Assembly: GCF_020745735.1 (NCBI RefSeq)
Contig: NC_083416.1
Span: forward strand, 37,535,131-37,599,130
Source of the DNA: Hemiscyllium ocellatum
Taxonomy: Eukaryota
Direction of reading: 5' to 3'
DNA length: 64,000 nt
A model generated the notes under the pieces. That model saw only the letters and a program-made list of their open reading frames with translations. It did no database searches and had not been told where the DNA came from. The translations under genes were made by a program, and so were the position numbers. This document shows positions 51,400 to 64,000 of this stretch, in pieces. Every line of letters begins with the position of its first letter. The stretch's first letter is position 1.

Positions 51400-54300
51400 G
51401 GTGGAGAGTAGGCAGATGACTGCCAGGAAAAGTAAAGGGAGTAGACAGAGAGTGCAGGAATCCACTATGGCCATTCCTCTTAAACAAGTATACAGTTTTG
51501 GATACTGTTTGGGGTGGTGACTGTTAAGGGGAAAGCAGCAGTAGCTGGGTTGGTGGCACTACAACTGGCTCTAGGGCACAGTGGGAATGGGTAAAGGTAA
51601 ATAAGACCTTAGTGATTGGAGTCTTAATAATTAAGGGGACAGAGAGGAGATTCTTGTGAGCGCAAACGGGAATCCAGAATGCTGTGTTGCCTCCCTCGTG
51701 CCAGGGTCAGATGTCTCAGAGTGGCTGCAGAACATTCTTGAGGGAGAGGATGAGCAGCCAGACGTCATTGTGCACATTGGCACAAATGATGTAGGTAGAA
51801 ATAGGGATGGGGTCCTGCAGACTAGTTGTAGAGAGCTAGGAAAAAGGTTAAAAACCAGGACCTCATCAATGATAATCTCCGGATTACTTCCAGTGCCACG
51901 TTCTAGTGCACGTAAGAACAGGAGGATATGGCAGATGAATGTATGGCTAAAGAATTATTGCAGGGGGCAGGGATTCGGATTTTTAGAATGTTGGGATCTT
52001 TTCTGGGGCAGAGGTGACCTGTTCAAGAGTATTGGGTTGCATCTGAACTGGAGGGAGACCAATATCTTGGCAGCCAGGTTTGCTTGTGCTTCAAGGGAGG
52101 ATCTAAACTAGATTGACAGAGGAGTGGGATCTTCAACAGCAGAGAGGCACATGCGAGGCTGGAAGGTGTTATAGTAATCGGAAACAGTAGGTTGAAGAGA
52201 TAAGTCAGGCTGGAACACAAGGAGCAAGGAATGCCTGTTGGATTAAATTGCATTTATTTCAATGCAAGAGGGCTGTCAGGTAAGGCCGATGAACGCAGGG
52301 TGTGGATAGGTATGAGAAACTGGGATATTATAGTCATTACAGAAACATGATTAAGGGAGGAACAGGACTGGCAGCTTAATGTGTTAGGGTACAAGTGCTT
52401 TAGGTGGGTCAGGGTGGTGGAAGGAGGAGAGGGGCAGTTGCAATTTTGATTAAGGCGAATTTCATAGCAGTAATAAAATGAAATAACTGCAGGATCATCC
52501 AGTGAGGCTTTGTGGGTGGAGCTAAGAAATAAGAAAGGGATGGTGATATTATTGGGGTTGTACTGTAGGCCCCCAAATAATCAATCGAAATTAAAGGAAC
52601 AAATATGCAGGAGATTGTGGAGAGGTGCAGGAGCAATAGAGTTGTCATAGTAGGGAAAGTTTGTTTTCCTAACATTGCCTGGTACTGCCAGAGCGTTCAG
52701 GGCTTCGATGGGGTGTAATTTAAGTGCGTTCAGGCAAGTTTCGTCTCGTAGTATATCGAGTATCTTACTCAAGAAGGGAAAAAACTTCACCTACTCTTGG
52801 GAAATACGGCAGGGGACATAACAGTGGGGGAGCACTTTGGGACCAGTGACCATAGTTCTATTAATTTTAAAATAGTTATGGAGAGGGACAAAACTAGTCC
52901 ACAGATTCAAGTTCTAAACTGGAGTATTGTGAATTTTGATGGAATTTGACAGGAGCTTGCAGGGGTTGATTGGATGAGTGTTTTCAGGAAAAGAGACCTC
53001 TGGCAAGAGGGAGGCCTTTAAAAGTGAGATAGCTAGAGTTGAAGGTCTTGTGAGGGTGAAGGGAAAGGTTGGCAGGAATAGGGAACACTGGATGATAGAG
53101 ATATTGAGGCTTTGACCAGATAAAAAGAGATGTGGCTCAGGGACAGGAAATACAGGAGTTTACTGAAGAAGGAAATCAGGAGGGCGAAAAGGGGTACATG
53201 ATATCCTAATCTTCTCAGCCAAGGCTGAATCCAAAGAGGTACTTTTAAGCATATTAAAGGGAAAAAAAGCTATCAACAGAATATGGCCCCTCAAGGACGA
53301 AAGTGGATATGTTTGTGTAGAACCAGAGGAGGTGGGTGAAGTCCTTAATGAATATTCCTCCTCTGTGTTTACCATGGAAAAGGACATGAAGACTTGGGAA
53401 GTTAGTGGTGATATCTTCGGGTCAGTCCATATCACAATAGAGGTAGTGTTGGATGTATTAAAATGCATGAAGGTGGACAAATCTCCTGGTCTTGACCAGA
53501 TATATCCAGAACCCTGCAGGAGCTCTGGCTGATATTTTTGTGTCATCATTAGCCATCATGTGAGGTCCCAGAAGACTAGGAGGGTAGTGAATGTTGTGCC
53601 AGTATTCAAGAAGGACTGCAAAGAAAAGCCTGGGAGCTATAGATGGGTAAGTTTAACATCTCTGGTGGGTAAGTTAATTTGAGAAGATTCTGACAGATGG
53701 GATATACATACATTTGGAAAGACAGGATTTCATTGGAAGTAGTCAGCATGGCTTTGTGAGTGGGAGACCATATATCACAAATTTGTTACAGTTCTTTAAA
53801 GAAGTGACCAGGAAGGTTATGAGCGCAGGGTGGTAGATGTAGTCTATATGTATTTTAGTTAAGGCCTAAGATTAGAGGTTTCACATGGTAGGCTGCTCTG
53901 GAAGGTTAGATCACATGGAATCCAGTACGAGCTGGCAAATTGGATACAAAATTAGCGTGATGATAGGAAGCAGTGGGTAATAGTGGAAGGATATGTATCA
54001 GACTGGAGGCCTGTGATTCGTGGAGTGTCTCGTTGAGAGCAGGTGGGGTTGGAGGCAGGCGGTGATGAGTTGAGAGTGGCAGGGGGCGGGGTGGGAGCAG
54101 ACTGGGTTGGGGGCAGATGTTGGGGAGGGGGGGGTGCGGGGTCTGGCACACAGTGTGCTTTTACCTAATCTCCTGAAAGGGAAGCAGGCTTCACAGAAAA
54201 CTCTCAGGCCCAGAGGAAATCAATTAACCAAATAATCAATTATCCGAACGAAATAGTGCCCGCCCATCTTGTTTGGATAACTGAGGTACCTCTGTAAATG

Positions 54301-55030
54301 GTAGGGCCTTAAAGAATGTAGTGGAACAGCAGCATCTTGGAGTTCAGGTGCACTGTTCTCTGAAGGTGGAGTCACAGGTAGACTGGGCAGTGAAGGAGAC
54401 TTTTGGCACCCTGGCCTTTATTAGTTAGGGCATTGAAGTTGGGAAGTTATATTGCAGTTATACAGGACGTTGGTGAGGCCGCAGTATTGGAATATTGTGT
54501 TCGGTTTTGGTCACCTTGTTATAGGAAGAATGTTATTAACCTGGAAACAATACAGAAGAAATTTACAAGGATGTTGCCTGGACACTCTGGTCTTAGTTAT
54601 AGGGAGTGTTTGGACAAGCTAGGACGTTTTTCTTTTGAGCGTAGGAGACTGAGGGGGGAAGCCACCTAGAGATGTATAAGATCATGAGATGCATGCATAG
54701 GGGAATGCACTCAATATTTTTCCAGGGTTGGGGAAATTGAGGGCATCAGTTTAAGGTTAGAGGGAAAAGAATAAAAGGTAACCTGAGGGGCAAATTTTTT
54801 AAACAGAGGGTGGTATGGATATGGAATGAACTGCCAGTGGAAGTGGTTGAGATGTGTACATTAACAACATTTAAAAGGCATTTGGACAAATATGTGGATA
54901 GGCAAGGATTAGAAGGACATGGGCCAAGTGCAGGGAAATGGGTTTAGCGTGGATGGACATTTTGGTCAGCATGTACCAGTTTGCACCAAAGGGCCTGTCT
55001 CTGTTTTGCAGGACTCTCTGACTCTATAAC
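51400..55030 (+). mobile_element. Near full-length decayed CR1 LINE: ORF1 SGNH esterase, ORF2 APE endonuclease and RT
   Basis: ORF 51656-52111 DVIVHIGTNDV...GLHLN. Endonuclease motifs (YFNAR, ITET, YCRPP, SDH) at 52250-52860. RT remnants at 53500-54030 and a 3' tail to about 55030. Confidence 0.88.
54030..54296. mobile_element. Insertion in the CR1, possibly a Tc1/mariner-Tigger-like MITE end
   Basis: Non-CR1, G-rich segment ending GGATAACTGAGGTACCTCTG-TA. Confidence 0.35.
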
Positions 55031-55979
55031 TTCAGGGAAAGGACAGAGATTCGGCATTTATGATCAATGCTGTAAATGCATTCAAATTGAAACTGGGACT
55101 GTAGTTCTCTCAGTTTAAAAAATTAAGCACTGCAACACTAGCTTCTGGAGAAAATACTAGAAAAATCGAAGACAAAGAAAAATGGTTCTACCCAGAAATT
55201 GTGTGTCCATCTGAGGAAGTTAACAGAAGATTGTCTCAAAACCATTCCTTCAAGTTGACATTGGATTAGCTACCAAATTTTGGTTTACACAGCAGTGGAG
55301 TTGATATGGCAATAATTACTATGCAAAATATATTTTCAGCTGAAAGTCCGATCAAGGAAAGTGATTTTAAGGGGATTAAACAGAGAAAAGTACGTACCTT
55401 TTGCTTTTAAAATGAAAGCTTATTTTGACTCAGCATATCTCTGGAATTCAGTATTCTCCCAAATAAAGATAACCATTTGAAATCTGTATGACCAGCAGTC
55501 TCAACTAAACCCAGAACTTCAAGGCACTAGTATCACAGGTGTCACACTGAAACTTAGTGAGTAGAGGACCAAATGAGTAATCATATATATTATGGTTTGA
55601 GACTTACATAGATATATAATTTTGTTTTATTTTCTGGGTAATTCCTGGTTTGCACTTAAATTCAAGAAATAATCTTATGCTTGAAAGTTTTGTCGATGGC
55701 TGTGTTGCAGCCACATTTTGCTTGTGGGCAAATTAATGTGGCAACGGTATGCTTGAGGACCTGGCCATCTTGGTGGTAGAATGCATCAGGTAGAGACTTC
55801 TTACGTTGTCAAACTTTCAGTGCATCTTCTCTGTTGTGGTGTTTAAAACATGGAAAAACATTGATGCATAAGCTGAAGGAAGAGTTACAGATGATATTCA
55901 AGTGAATGTTGTGTTGACCAGTATTTGACCTGATGTACAAAATTTCACAGGCTTCAAAGTCAACAGGGCCATAACCTTC

Positions 55980-56235
55980 TAGGAGAGAGTGAGGACTGCA
56001 GATGCTGGAGATCAGAGATGAAAATGTGTTGCTGGAAAAGCGCAGCAGGTCAGGCAGCATCCAAGGAGCAGGAGAGTCGACTTTTCGGGCATGAGCCCTT
56101 CTTCAGGCTTCGACGTTTCAGGCATGAGCCCTTCTTCAGGCTTCTCCCCCTGAAGAAGGGCTCATGCCTGAAACGTCGACTCTCCTGCTCCTTGGATGCT
56201 GCCTGACCTGCTGCGCTTTTTCAGCAACACATTTT
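55980..56235. mobile_element. ORF-less Penelope pLTR fold-back insertion with 16-bp TSD and three hammerhead cores
   Basis: TSD CAGGGCCATAACCTTC at 55964-79 and 56236-51. Cores lie at about 56077-56106 (-), 56110-56139 (-) and 56150-56180 (+). Confidence 0.88.
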
Positions 56236-56971
56236 CAGGGCCATAACCTTCCCAATTGTATATCACTTTGCTAAGTCTGTCCTGCCAATGGACCAAGGCA
56301 TATCCAGGTATGATAATGGAGGCATTATGGATATTCATCTTCTGTTGGATGACTAAATCAGGAATCACATAATCTGTGGAACAGTTATCACACCTTTTCT
56401 AATTTTGGGGAAGTTCCCAGATGTTAGTGAGAAGGACTTTGGCTGGGTGTGTTTGTGTGATGTCAAATGCATAGGGCAACGTACGGTGTTCTTTTATTCT
56501 TGTTCTTTGCAATTTTGATACAGCTGCATGAATGGGCCTAATGAACGAGAGGGCATTTAAGAGTCAGTTATTCACTTTGGGCCTTGCTTCTCTCTCGAGC
56601 TGAATTGACATTAGGGAATCAATTTATTTTTTCTGGTAAACCTGCAACTTCGGGGTTGTCATTGTTGACATGAGCTATTATATCTCCGATTTATTTAGTT
56701 AACTGAATTTCAATTTGCTAGCTGCTATGGTGGGATTTGAATTTGTGTCCAGTTCATTACTCCAGGTCTTTGGATTATTAATAGTGCAATATAACCAAAA
56801 TGCCACAGAACTTCGTATTATAAACAGTAATAAGAAGCAGTCAAAGTTAGTGCTGCAAAATCTTTTAAAATACTCAGTTTCTTTATGGGCTAATTTTTGA
56901 AATGAAGCAAAGAATTTATGCTGCATGTTTTACAGAACCTTGAGTACTAAAAAACACATTTATATAGTATG

Positions 56972-57190
56972 CAGTCAGTTCTTCTATAACACAATGGTTG
57001 CATACTTGTGTAACTCCAAGTTATGAAGAAATGGCGCTTTAGAAAGAGCACTTAATGTGTTTGTGTTATAATCGTATTACAGCCAACACAAGTTTTAAAA
57101 GTTCGTGCTGTAGAAACAGCAACTCGGATTTGTCAATCAAATTACAGCAAATTCACGATGATGAAATGTGCCTTATAACAGAATGATGTA
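56972..57190. mobile_element. Possible decayed MITE
   Basis: Imperfect TIR: CAGTCAGTTCTTCTATAACAC versus the reverse complement of GTGCCTTATAACAGAATGATG-TA. Confidence 0.3.
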
Positions 57191-57424
57191 TTTATTTATG
57201 GAATGAGCATCTTATTAGCTAGGCTAATATTTATTGCATTTATCTAATTGCTGTTGAGAAGGTGCTGGTGAGTTGCCTTCTCAAAATGCTGCAATCCTTG
57301 AGGTGTTGGGACAACTACAGTGCTGTTAGGAAAGGATTTCCTAACATTGACCTAGCAATAGTGAAAGGACGCGAGTTAGAATTCTAAGTTAGAATGTATA
57401 TGGAATGGAGGAGAATTTGCAGAT

Positions 57425-58100
57425 TCTTCAGTACAACCAGTCTGCACTGAACATTATGCCAAACTAAACTTGTCCCACCAGTTCGATCCTGGTCCATACC
57501 TTTCCAAACCCTTCCTATTCCTGTCCTTATCCAAATGTCTTTTAAATGTTGGGTAATTGTACTCACATCCACCACTTCCTCAGGAAGTTCATTCCACATG
57601 TGAATCACCCTCTGTGTAAGAAAATAAAAAGCCCCTCATGTCTTTTTTTAAAATCTGTCTCCTCTCACCTTAAAAATGTGCCCCTAGCCTTAGAATCCCC
57701 TATCCTAGGGAAAAGTCAGCTACTATCAACTCTATCTATACCCCTCATGATTTTGTAAACTTCTATAAGGTCAACTCTTCAACCTCCTATGCTCCAGTGA
57801 AAGAAGTCCCAGCCTATCACCCTTTCTTTATAATTTGCACCTCCTTCTGGTAAATGACTTCTGAACCCTCTCCAGCTTAATGATATCCATCATATAATTG
57901 GGTGACCAGATCTGGACACCGTATTCCATAAGAGCCCTCCCCAATGTCTTGTACAACCTCAACATGATTTCCCAACTCCTACACTCAAAGGACTGAGCAT
58001 TGAAGGCGAGTGTGCCAAACACCTTTTTAACCACCCTGTCTATATGTGAAGCAAACTTCAAAGAATTATGTACCTGCACCCCGAGGTCACTCTGTTCTGC
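57425..58100 (-). mobile_element. CR1 LINE 3' portion
   Basis: ORF 57828-58079: LYKTLGRALMEYGVQIWSP..LERVQK. Confidence 0.85.
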
Positions 58101-58109
58101 AAGGAAACA

Positions 58110-58495
58110 GGACTACAAGATGCTGGAGAAATCAGAGTTGATAATGCTTGGTGCTGGAAAAGGCGCAGCAGATCAGGCAGCATCCAAGATGCAAAGGAGT
58201 TGATGTTTCGGGCAGGACCTTTCTTCAGGACTCTTTATAGGATATGTGGAACAGTCCCTCTTCCACAACTACACTGGCACCATCTTCCATCCTTTCCTCC
58301 GCTACATCAATGATTATATCGATGCTGCTTCGTGTTCACACGAAAAGCTTGAACAATTCATTCACCACACCTACACCTTCCAAATCAACCTCATTTTCAC
58401 CTAGTCCATCTCCGACCTCTCCTTTTCTGTCTACTACATACCAATATCTACCAGAAACCCACTGATCCACTGATTCCCACAGCTACCTTAATAAC

Positions 58496-58531
<36 letters not shown>

Positions 58532-59165
58532 CCCAAATAAAGACGTGATCTGCTACTCCCAATTTCTTTGCCTCCATCGTATTTGCTCTCAGGATGAGCA
58601 ATTCTACTCCAGGGCATCCCATATGTCCACCAGATGAACGGTGCACTCAATTGCGTCTCCTTCATTTCCTACACTTCTGCCCGTGAACCCCATTCCCCTA
58701 ACCACAACAAAGAATCCCCCGGATCCTCACGTTCCAACCCACTGATCTCCAAATCCAGCACATCATCCTCTGTCACTCTCGCCACCTACAGTCAGACCCC
58801 ATCTTCAAAAATATATTTCCCTCCCAACTCCTATTTACATTCCATAGAGGCAATTCCCTTCACAACTCCCTCATTAAATCCACACTCCCCACTAACCCCC
58901 TCTCCACTCTGGCACCTTTTTCCCTGCCGTTGTAAGAGGTGAAAAGCCTACGCCCACACCTCCCTACTCGCCTCCATCCAAGGCCCGAAAGGATCATTTC
59001 AAATCCAGAAGAGATTTATTTGTGCATCCATCAGTCTCATTTATTGTATCTGGCGCTTTCAATGTGGTTGCCTTGACATCTGAAAGATCAAATGCCAATT
59101 TGCGGAACAGTTCAGGGAACATCTGTGCTCCTTAAGAAATAACCAATCCCACCTTCCCGCTGAAT
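58110..59165. mobile_element. Decayed Penelope-like element (inverted pLTR then plus-strand RT/EN remnants)
   Basis: FLRYIND (RT YIDD remnant) at about 58293-58313; decayed hammerhead at about 58197-58231 (-). Confidence 0.7.
58497..58530 (+). repeat. Poly-C tract (34 nt)
   Basis: Direct reading. Confidence 0.9.
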
Positions 59166-59469
59166 TGAACGATCTTACCTGGACCACAGTGTTTTCCTTC
59201 CCACTGTTCTTACCACATTGCTTCTTTCTCACTCTGCAACTGACAACCGTGCCATTTCAATCTTATCTCCGCTACTTCACTTCCATATGCTTCACTAATC
59301 CAATGCAGAAAATTGACATTAACTATCCATCATTATATTTTTGGCTGTCAGATATTTTTCTCTTTTCTGTACTTGCAGGAATCCATTTTTCCTACTATTT
59401 GTCAATATTTGTTTGATATTCCTTTTCCAGTAAAGGTATGACATTGGCTTACTACCATTCATCTGATGC

Positions 59470-59985
59470 TTCACCGTCTACTAACTAACGAAATATGTAT
59501 TAGTCAGAATGTGATGGAATACTCTCCACATTGCCTATGTGGATGCAGTTCTATTTCAAGAAGCTTTATACCATCTAGAACACAATAGTCTGCATGTTTG
59601 GTGCACCACTTACCTCCTTAAAAAGTAATTTCCTTCACTCCTGATGCAGAGTGACAGACGTCTGTGTCATCTATAAGCTGCACTGCAGTGATATACCAAG
59701 GCTTCTTCAACTCCCAAGCCTGAACCTTCACTACCTAGAAGGATAAAGGCAGTAGTTGCATGGAAGCACCACAACTTGCAATTCCCCTCCAAGTCTCACA
59801 CCATCCTGATTTGGAACAATCACTATTGCTGCACCAAGTTCTTGAAACAGCCTTTGTAACAGCACGCTGCGTGTCCTAAGATCTCAAGGTTCGAGAAGGC
59901 AACTCACACCTACCTTCTCCAGGGTAATCATTATTGATCAGTTGGTGTTGTTTTGGCAAGGGACATACGCATCCCATAAATAAAC
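59470..59985 (+). mobile_element. 3' part of the second CR1-clade LINE or SINE tail
   Basis: Tail AAGGCAACTCAC..CCTTCTC..GCATCCCATAAATAAA. Reverse-complement copies occur at about 20640, 41115, 50670, 57200 and 63540. Confidence 0.6.
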
Positions 59986-59995
59986 TAGCATCCTT

Positions 59996-60289
59996 AGATT
60001 ACTTACAGTGTGGAAACAGGCCCTTCGGCCCAACAAGTCCACACCGACCCGCCGAAGCGCAACCCACCCATACCCCACGTTTACCCCTTACCTAACACTA
60101 CGGCAATTTGGCATGGCCAATTCACCTGACCTGCACATCTTTGGACTGTGGGAGGAAACCGGAGCACCCGGAGGAAACCCACGCAGACATGGGGAGAACG
60201 TGCAAACTCCACACAGTCAGTCGCCTGAGTTGGGAATTGAACCCGGGTCTCAGGCGCTGTGAGACAGCAGTGCTAACCACTGTGCCACC
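59996..60289 (-). mobile_element. HE1-like tRNA-derived SINE, near full length
   Basis: Minus strand has GGTGGCACAGTGGTTAGCAC (A box) and GGTTCAATTCC (B box), with a CR1-derived tail. Confidence 0.88.
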
Positions 60290-60674
60290 CACTCATTCAA
60301 AACCCTTTTTTTTAGTCTCCTTGGAATCTTTAAAATACAGAGACAATTATGGCAGTAAGAGACCTGGTCCTCTGAATTAAATTAGTTAACAATATTTAAA
60401 ACAAAAGAAATATTGGATTGTGATTTTAAATCATGTTTTGATATTCTATCTGATTTGTTTCTCAGGTAAATATTGAAGCAAAATGACATTTATTTCCCTG
60501 TTGCTTGTGATTTTATCCTGATTGTACTTCAGTAGCTCAATTTCCATCCTGACTTTGCTTTTTTTTTCATTGCTTCATAATCGTTTAGGGCATAAAGTGT
60601 GGTAATCCAACGCTAGTTAGAAAGTTGATTTATCTTTGATGAATGATAATGATATGTAATATTTTCTTTTTTAG

Positions 60675-60821
60675 GGTGTTCTTTCGAACATCTCCTCTAT
60701 TACAGATCTGGGAGGGTTTGACCCAGTATGGTTGTTCATTGTGGTAGGTGGAGTGATGTTCATTCTTGGATTTGCTGGTTGTATTGGTGCACTCCGTGAA
60801 AACACATTCCTTTTGAAGTTT
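60675..60821 (+). CDS. tspan17: Tetraspanin coding exon 3 ([49 protein letters not shown])
   Basis: 147 nt, AG/GTAAGT; tetraspanin GCIGALREN signature. The gene continues beyond the window. Confidence 0.92.
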
Positions 60822-61204
60822 GTAAGTATGTTTAATTAAAACTTAAACCACACTTAACCAGTGTTAAAGTAAGTTATAATTAATTTCTTTGACTGTTCTC
60901 TCAATTTGTTATTTTTAAAATTATTTTCTCCTTTTTAAACAAATTTAATAGCAACAATTGTTTTCTATCAATGTTAATAGTTTAGAAAACAAACCAAATG
61001 GGGCATCCTCCAAAATTTTATTGAATGTTTTGTAAACTTTGATTTGCTCAATTCTGAACAGAATAATGTGCATTAACTTTATAAACATTTTTATAACTGG
61101 AAAAGTTAGTTTCCACGTAATCTCTGAAAAAACAAACTGCTTTAGCCAAGATATGTATTTGTGAGTTAACTTATGGTTGTGTATATTGCAATTCATTTCA
61201 TCAA

Positions 61205-62252
61205 GGATGCCAACATGCATCCTTTTAGGTACATTCAGTTTATGTCTGAACATTGAGACGATAAAATCTGAACCAACAATTTCTATCATGTCTAGGCTGC
61301 ACTGAATGGTTGATTATACCTATGCAAGTAAGTAACTTCTTTTCTGATCTTATCTTATTCAAAATTTTAATCAAAAGCTACTGACTTGGAGCTACCTTTT
61401 GGCTCCTTGTAGAAATCACTGTCAGCTACCTAAATTGATCCCGACAAAAATAAGGTTTTATTAAATACTAATTTAATGATTATTCCTGTAAAGCTGTTCA
61501 AAGCACATAAATAATTAAAAATTCTACTGCAGTTCAAACTCCTGTGCAGAGATGATAACATGGTGGGTTTTGTCACATGAATAATCAGACTTCTTAGATA
61601 TTGTATAATTGGCTTATTTTGTATATTACTGAATTCCTTTTTAAAATTTTAGTGGGGAAATCAGAAATCACATGAACGTCTTTCTGCACTCCATAGAGAC
61701 TGATTTTGTTTAAATTAAAAGCTGACACAGCTCAAAAATGCTGAAGGAACTGCTCAGTTTGATAAATCGTGCAAAAAGCAGATGAGTAGTTACCAATTTG
61801 TTATAAATGGTTAGGCTAGTTTTAATCGTCAAATAGTCTTTTTAAATGTTTTTATTTATGATCTAGAAAGAATAATGTTTTGCAAATTTGAGTGGCATTT
61901 CACTTTTTTGAAATATTGGATATCTTGTAGAGACATAAGTCAAATACATCACTTGAAAACTGCATGATTATGAGATACAGTTTGCTGTTTATTTCCTGAC
62001 CTGTCCCTGAAAACATTTGAGGTAAATATTGACAATTTGAAGATAGTGGGAATTTGGAAATTGCAGCGCCAAGTCAGTAGCTTCTGATTAAAATTTTGAA
62101 TAAGATTAGAAAAGAAGTTACTTATTTGCAATAGGTATATCAACCATTCAGTGCAGCCTAAAGACATGATAGAAACTGTTGGTTTAGATTTTATCGTCTC
62201 GACGTTCAGACAGGAACTGGATGTACCTAAAAGGATGCGTGCTGACACCCCT
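61205..62252. mobile_element. Candidate non-autonomous DNA transposon (Kolobok-like) with ~185-bp TIRs
   Basis: About 61205-61393 is the diverged reverse complement of about 62065-62252. Right end ...CCCCT|TTAA, left end TCAA|GG. Confidence 0.62.
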
Positions 62253-64000
62253 TTAAGGTGCCAACTCTGGTAATTGGCCCAGGAAGATTCCCGGATCCTG
62301 CATGAAAATCTGTGATTCTAGGTGACTGAGGAAACCCAGTGATCATCTGATATAATCACATGAGTCTCTGATACTCCCTTCATAATCCAGACACACACTC
62401 ACTCCCACGCTTGCACTCACTTGCTCACACCCCCCACCCCACCCCGGGCAACATTTTATCCCAGACAATGTTCTTCACATGCACTCAGATTCATACTAGC
62501 AGACTAAAGTTATTTGGGACTTTTCAGATATCAGTAGAATATGGCAGCTAGAGCTGGAAAAGGTGCGTGTGGCGTCATAGAATCTCTGGACTGCTTCCTC
62601 TGATGTTTATTGTGCTGAAGGAATTTTGCTGAATCTTTCATTGGCAAGGAAAATTGAAGGAATGTATGCGCTAATGATTCCTGGTTAGTTTTGGAAACAC
62701 AAGGTCCACTCACTGCGAGATTTAGACCTTTTTAGGTTGCCATAGCAAGTGCAGCTCAGTATGTCTTCCATGATTTTACTTTGTCTGAAGTGGTGGCAAT
62801 GTTGCACTGTTGTCTTCAATAAACCAACAGGATATGTAAAATGTAGAGAACCATTTGGACTTGCATTGTTTTCAAACAAGGTTGCCAGTTTATTGTTCTG
62901 ACAAATGTTATAATTGAAACACAAGTTTTATTTTCTTCATAGATATTGCTTGCATCAGTGTTCCCAGAGTAGTCTCTTTTAATTTGGCTTCCTATTTTTT
63001 TGGGGCACCTTTACCATTGTGTATGTTACTTATGGGAGAAATTGTTTGTAACAAACTTTAATCTCTATTTTAAATACTTTCAATTCTCTTGATTTTTCTA
63101 ATGATTTTTAAATTAGCAGTTGTTGTTTGATATCAATGATTGTATTCCACATTCTTTTGACAATTTACTGCATTATTGCAGATTTGGTGATATTACCTTT
63201 ATGTAATTTCTAAAATAGAGTCTGCAGTTAAAAACAGCTGTACAGTGAAGAGGTTAAGGTTACATTTTGAGCCAAGTGCAGGAATCTGAATCGATGGTTG
63301 AACTTTGCTGCAATGTACTGCATTACTGCTTTCAAATAGTTAGTTATATCTCGTCTGTTGATGCAGTGTTTACCATGAATGAGGCTATCATAACGAGCAG
63401 ATAGCTTTTCCATTTCTCATCACTTCGATAAGTTTGTAACTGATTGTTCACATAATCTAAAACTCATCAGGATGTTTATTCAGTGATATGGCTTCCCAGT
63501 ACAGCTGGCTTCCAGAGTAATTTGCACAACTGTCTTGCCTTACATGGGAATGTAGGCATTGCTGCCACGGCCAACGTTTGTTATTTATTCCAAATTGCCC
63601 TTGAGAAGGTGGCAATGGACTGTCTCCATGAAAGATTAGAGTTGTTGTGGCTTGGGTGCACCTATTATGCTACTGGAAAGGAATTCCAGGACCTTAACTC
63701 TATGACAGCAACGAAACAGATGTATAATTCCAAACCAGGATTGTTGGGTGACTGGAGGGGGACTTTGAGATAGTGGTGTCTCCTAATACCTGCTGTCCTT
63801 GTCCCTCTGGGTGGTAGAAGTTGCGGGTTTAAATATGTTGTTTCAAGATCCTTGATGAATTCCTGCTATCTATCGCATCCCTACAGTGTGAAAACAGGCT
63901 ATGCGGCCCAACAAGTTCACACCGACCCTCCAAAGAGTAGCTTACCCCTCCCCCTCCATTATGTTTACAAGAATTGAAGAGGTGAAACTTGCATTGTTCA

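Noticed and set aside
60240-60289. tRNA gene
   Set aside because: The A/B boxes belong to a SINE head followed by SINE body and LINE-derived tail; no full cloverleaf.

Overview
This is eukaryotic DNA, very probably from a cartilaginous fish (shark). That call is an inference from the repeat families: HE1-like tRNA SINEs, HER1/CR1 LINEs and abundant Penelope-like elements. Most of the supplied ORF track is repeat-derived noise, and the real genes are short spliced exons read by hand. (1) Beta-synuclein (sncb) is on the minus strand: its first two coding exons are at 2679-2799 and 2121-2159, and the rest lies left of the window. (2) A complete 7-exon eIF4E-1B (eif4e1b) is on the plus strand at 15561-31403 (648 nt, 215 aa). 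(3) A TspanC8 tetraspanin is on the plus strand, assigned to tspan17 by synteny although TSPAN5-like in sequence. It has a CpG-island promoter near 36.5-36.9 kb and coding exons 1-3 in the window. This matches the human SNCB-EIF4E1B-TSPAN17 order. The most notable non-genic signal is about 15 minimal type-I hammerhead ribozyme cores (CUGANGA...GAA-ACGU/AGCU-H) carried by pseudo-LTRs of several Penelope-like families. These include tiny, TSD-flanked, ORF-less fold-back insertions: a perfect 88-bp hairpin at 11.6-11.8 kb and a three-core cassette at 56.0-56.2 kb. One near-intact core lies in sense orientation about 1.1 kb downstream of the eif4e1b stop. Other items are a solo LTR with a 4-bp TSD, a candidate non-autonomous Kolobok element with ~185-bp TIRs, loss of the Ser209-equivalent residue in eIF4E-1B, and a synuclein exon one codon shorter than in mammals. 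Repeat boundaries are approximate unless a TSD is given.
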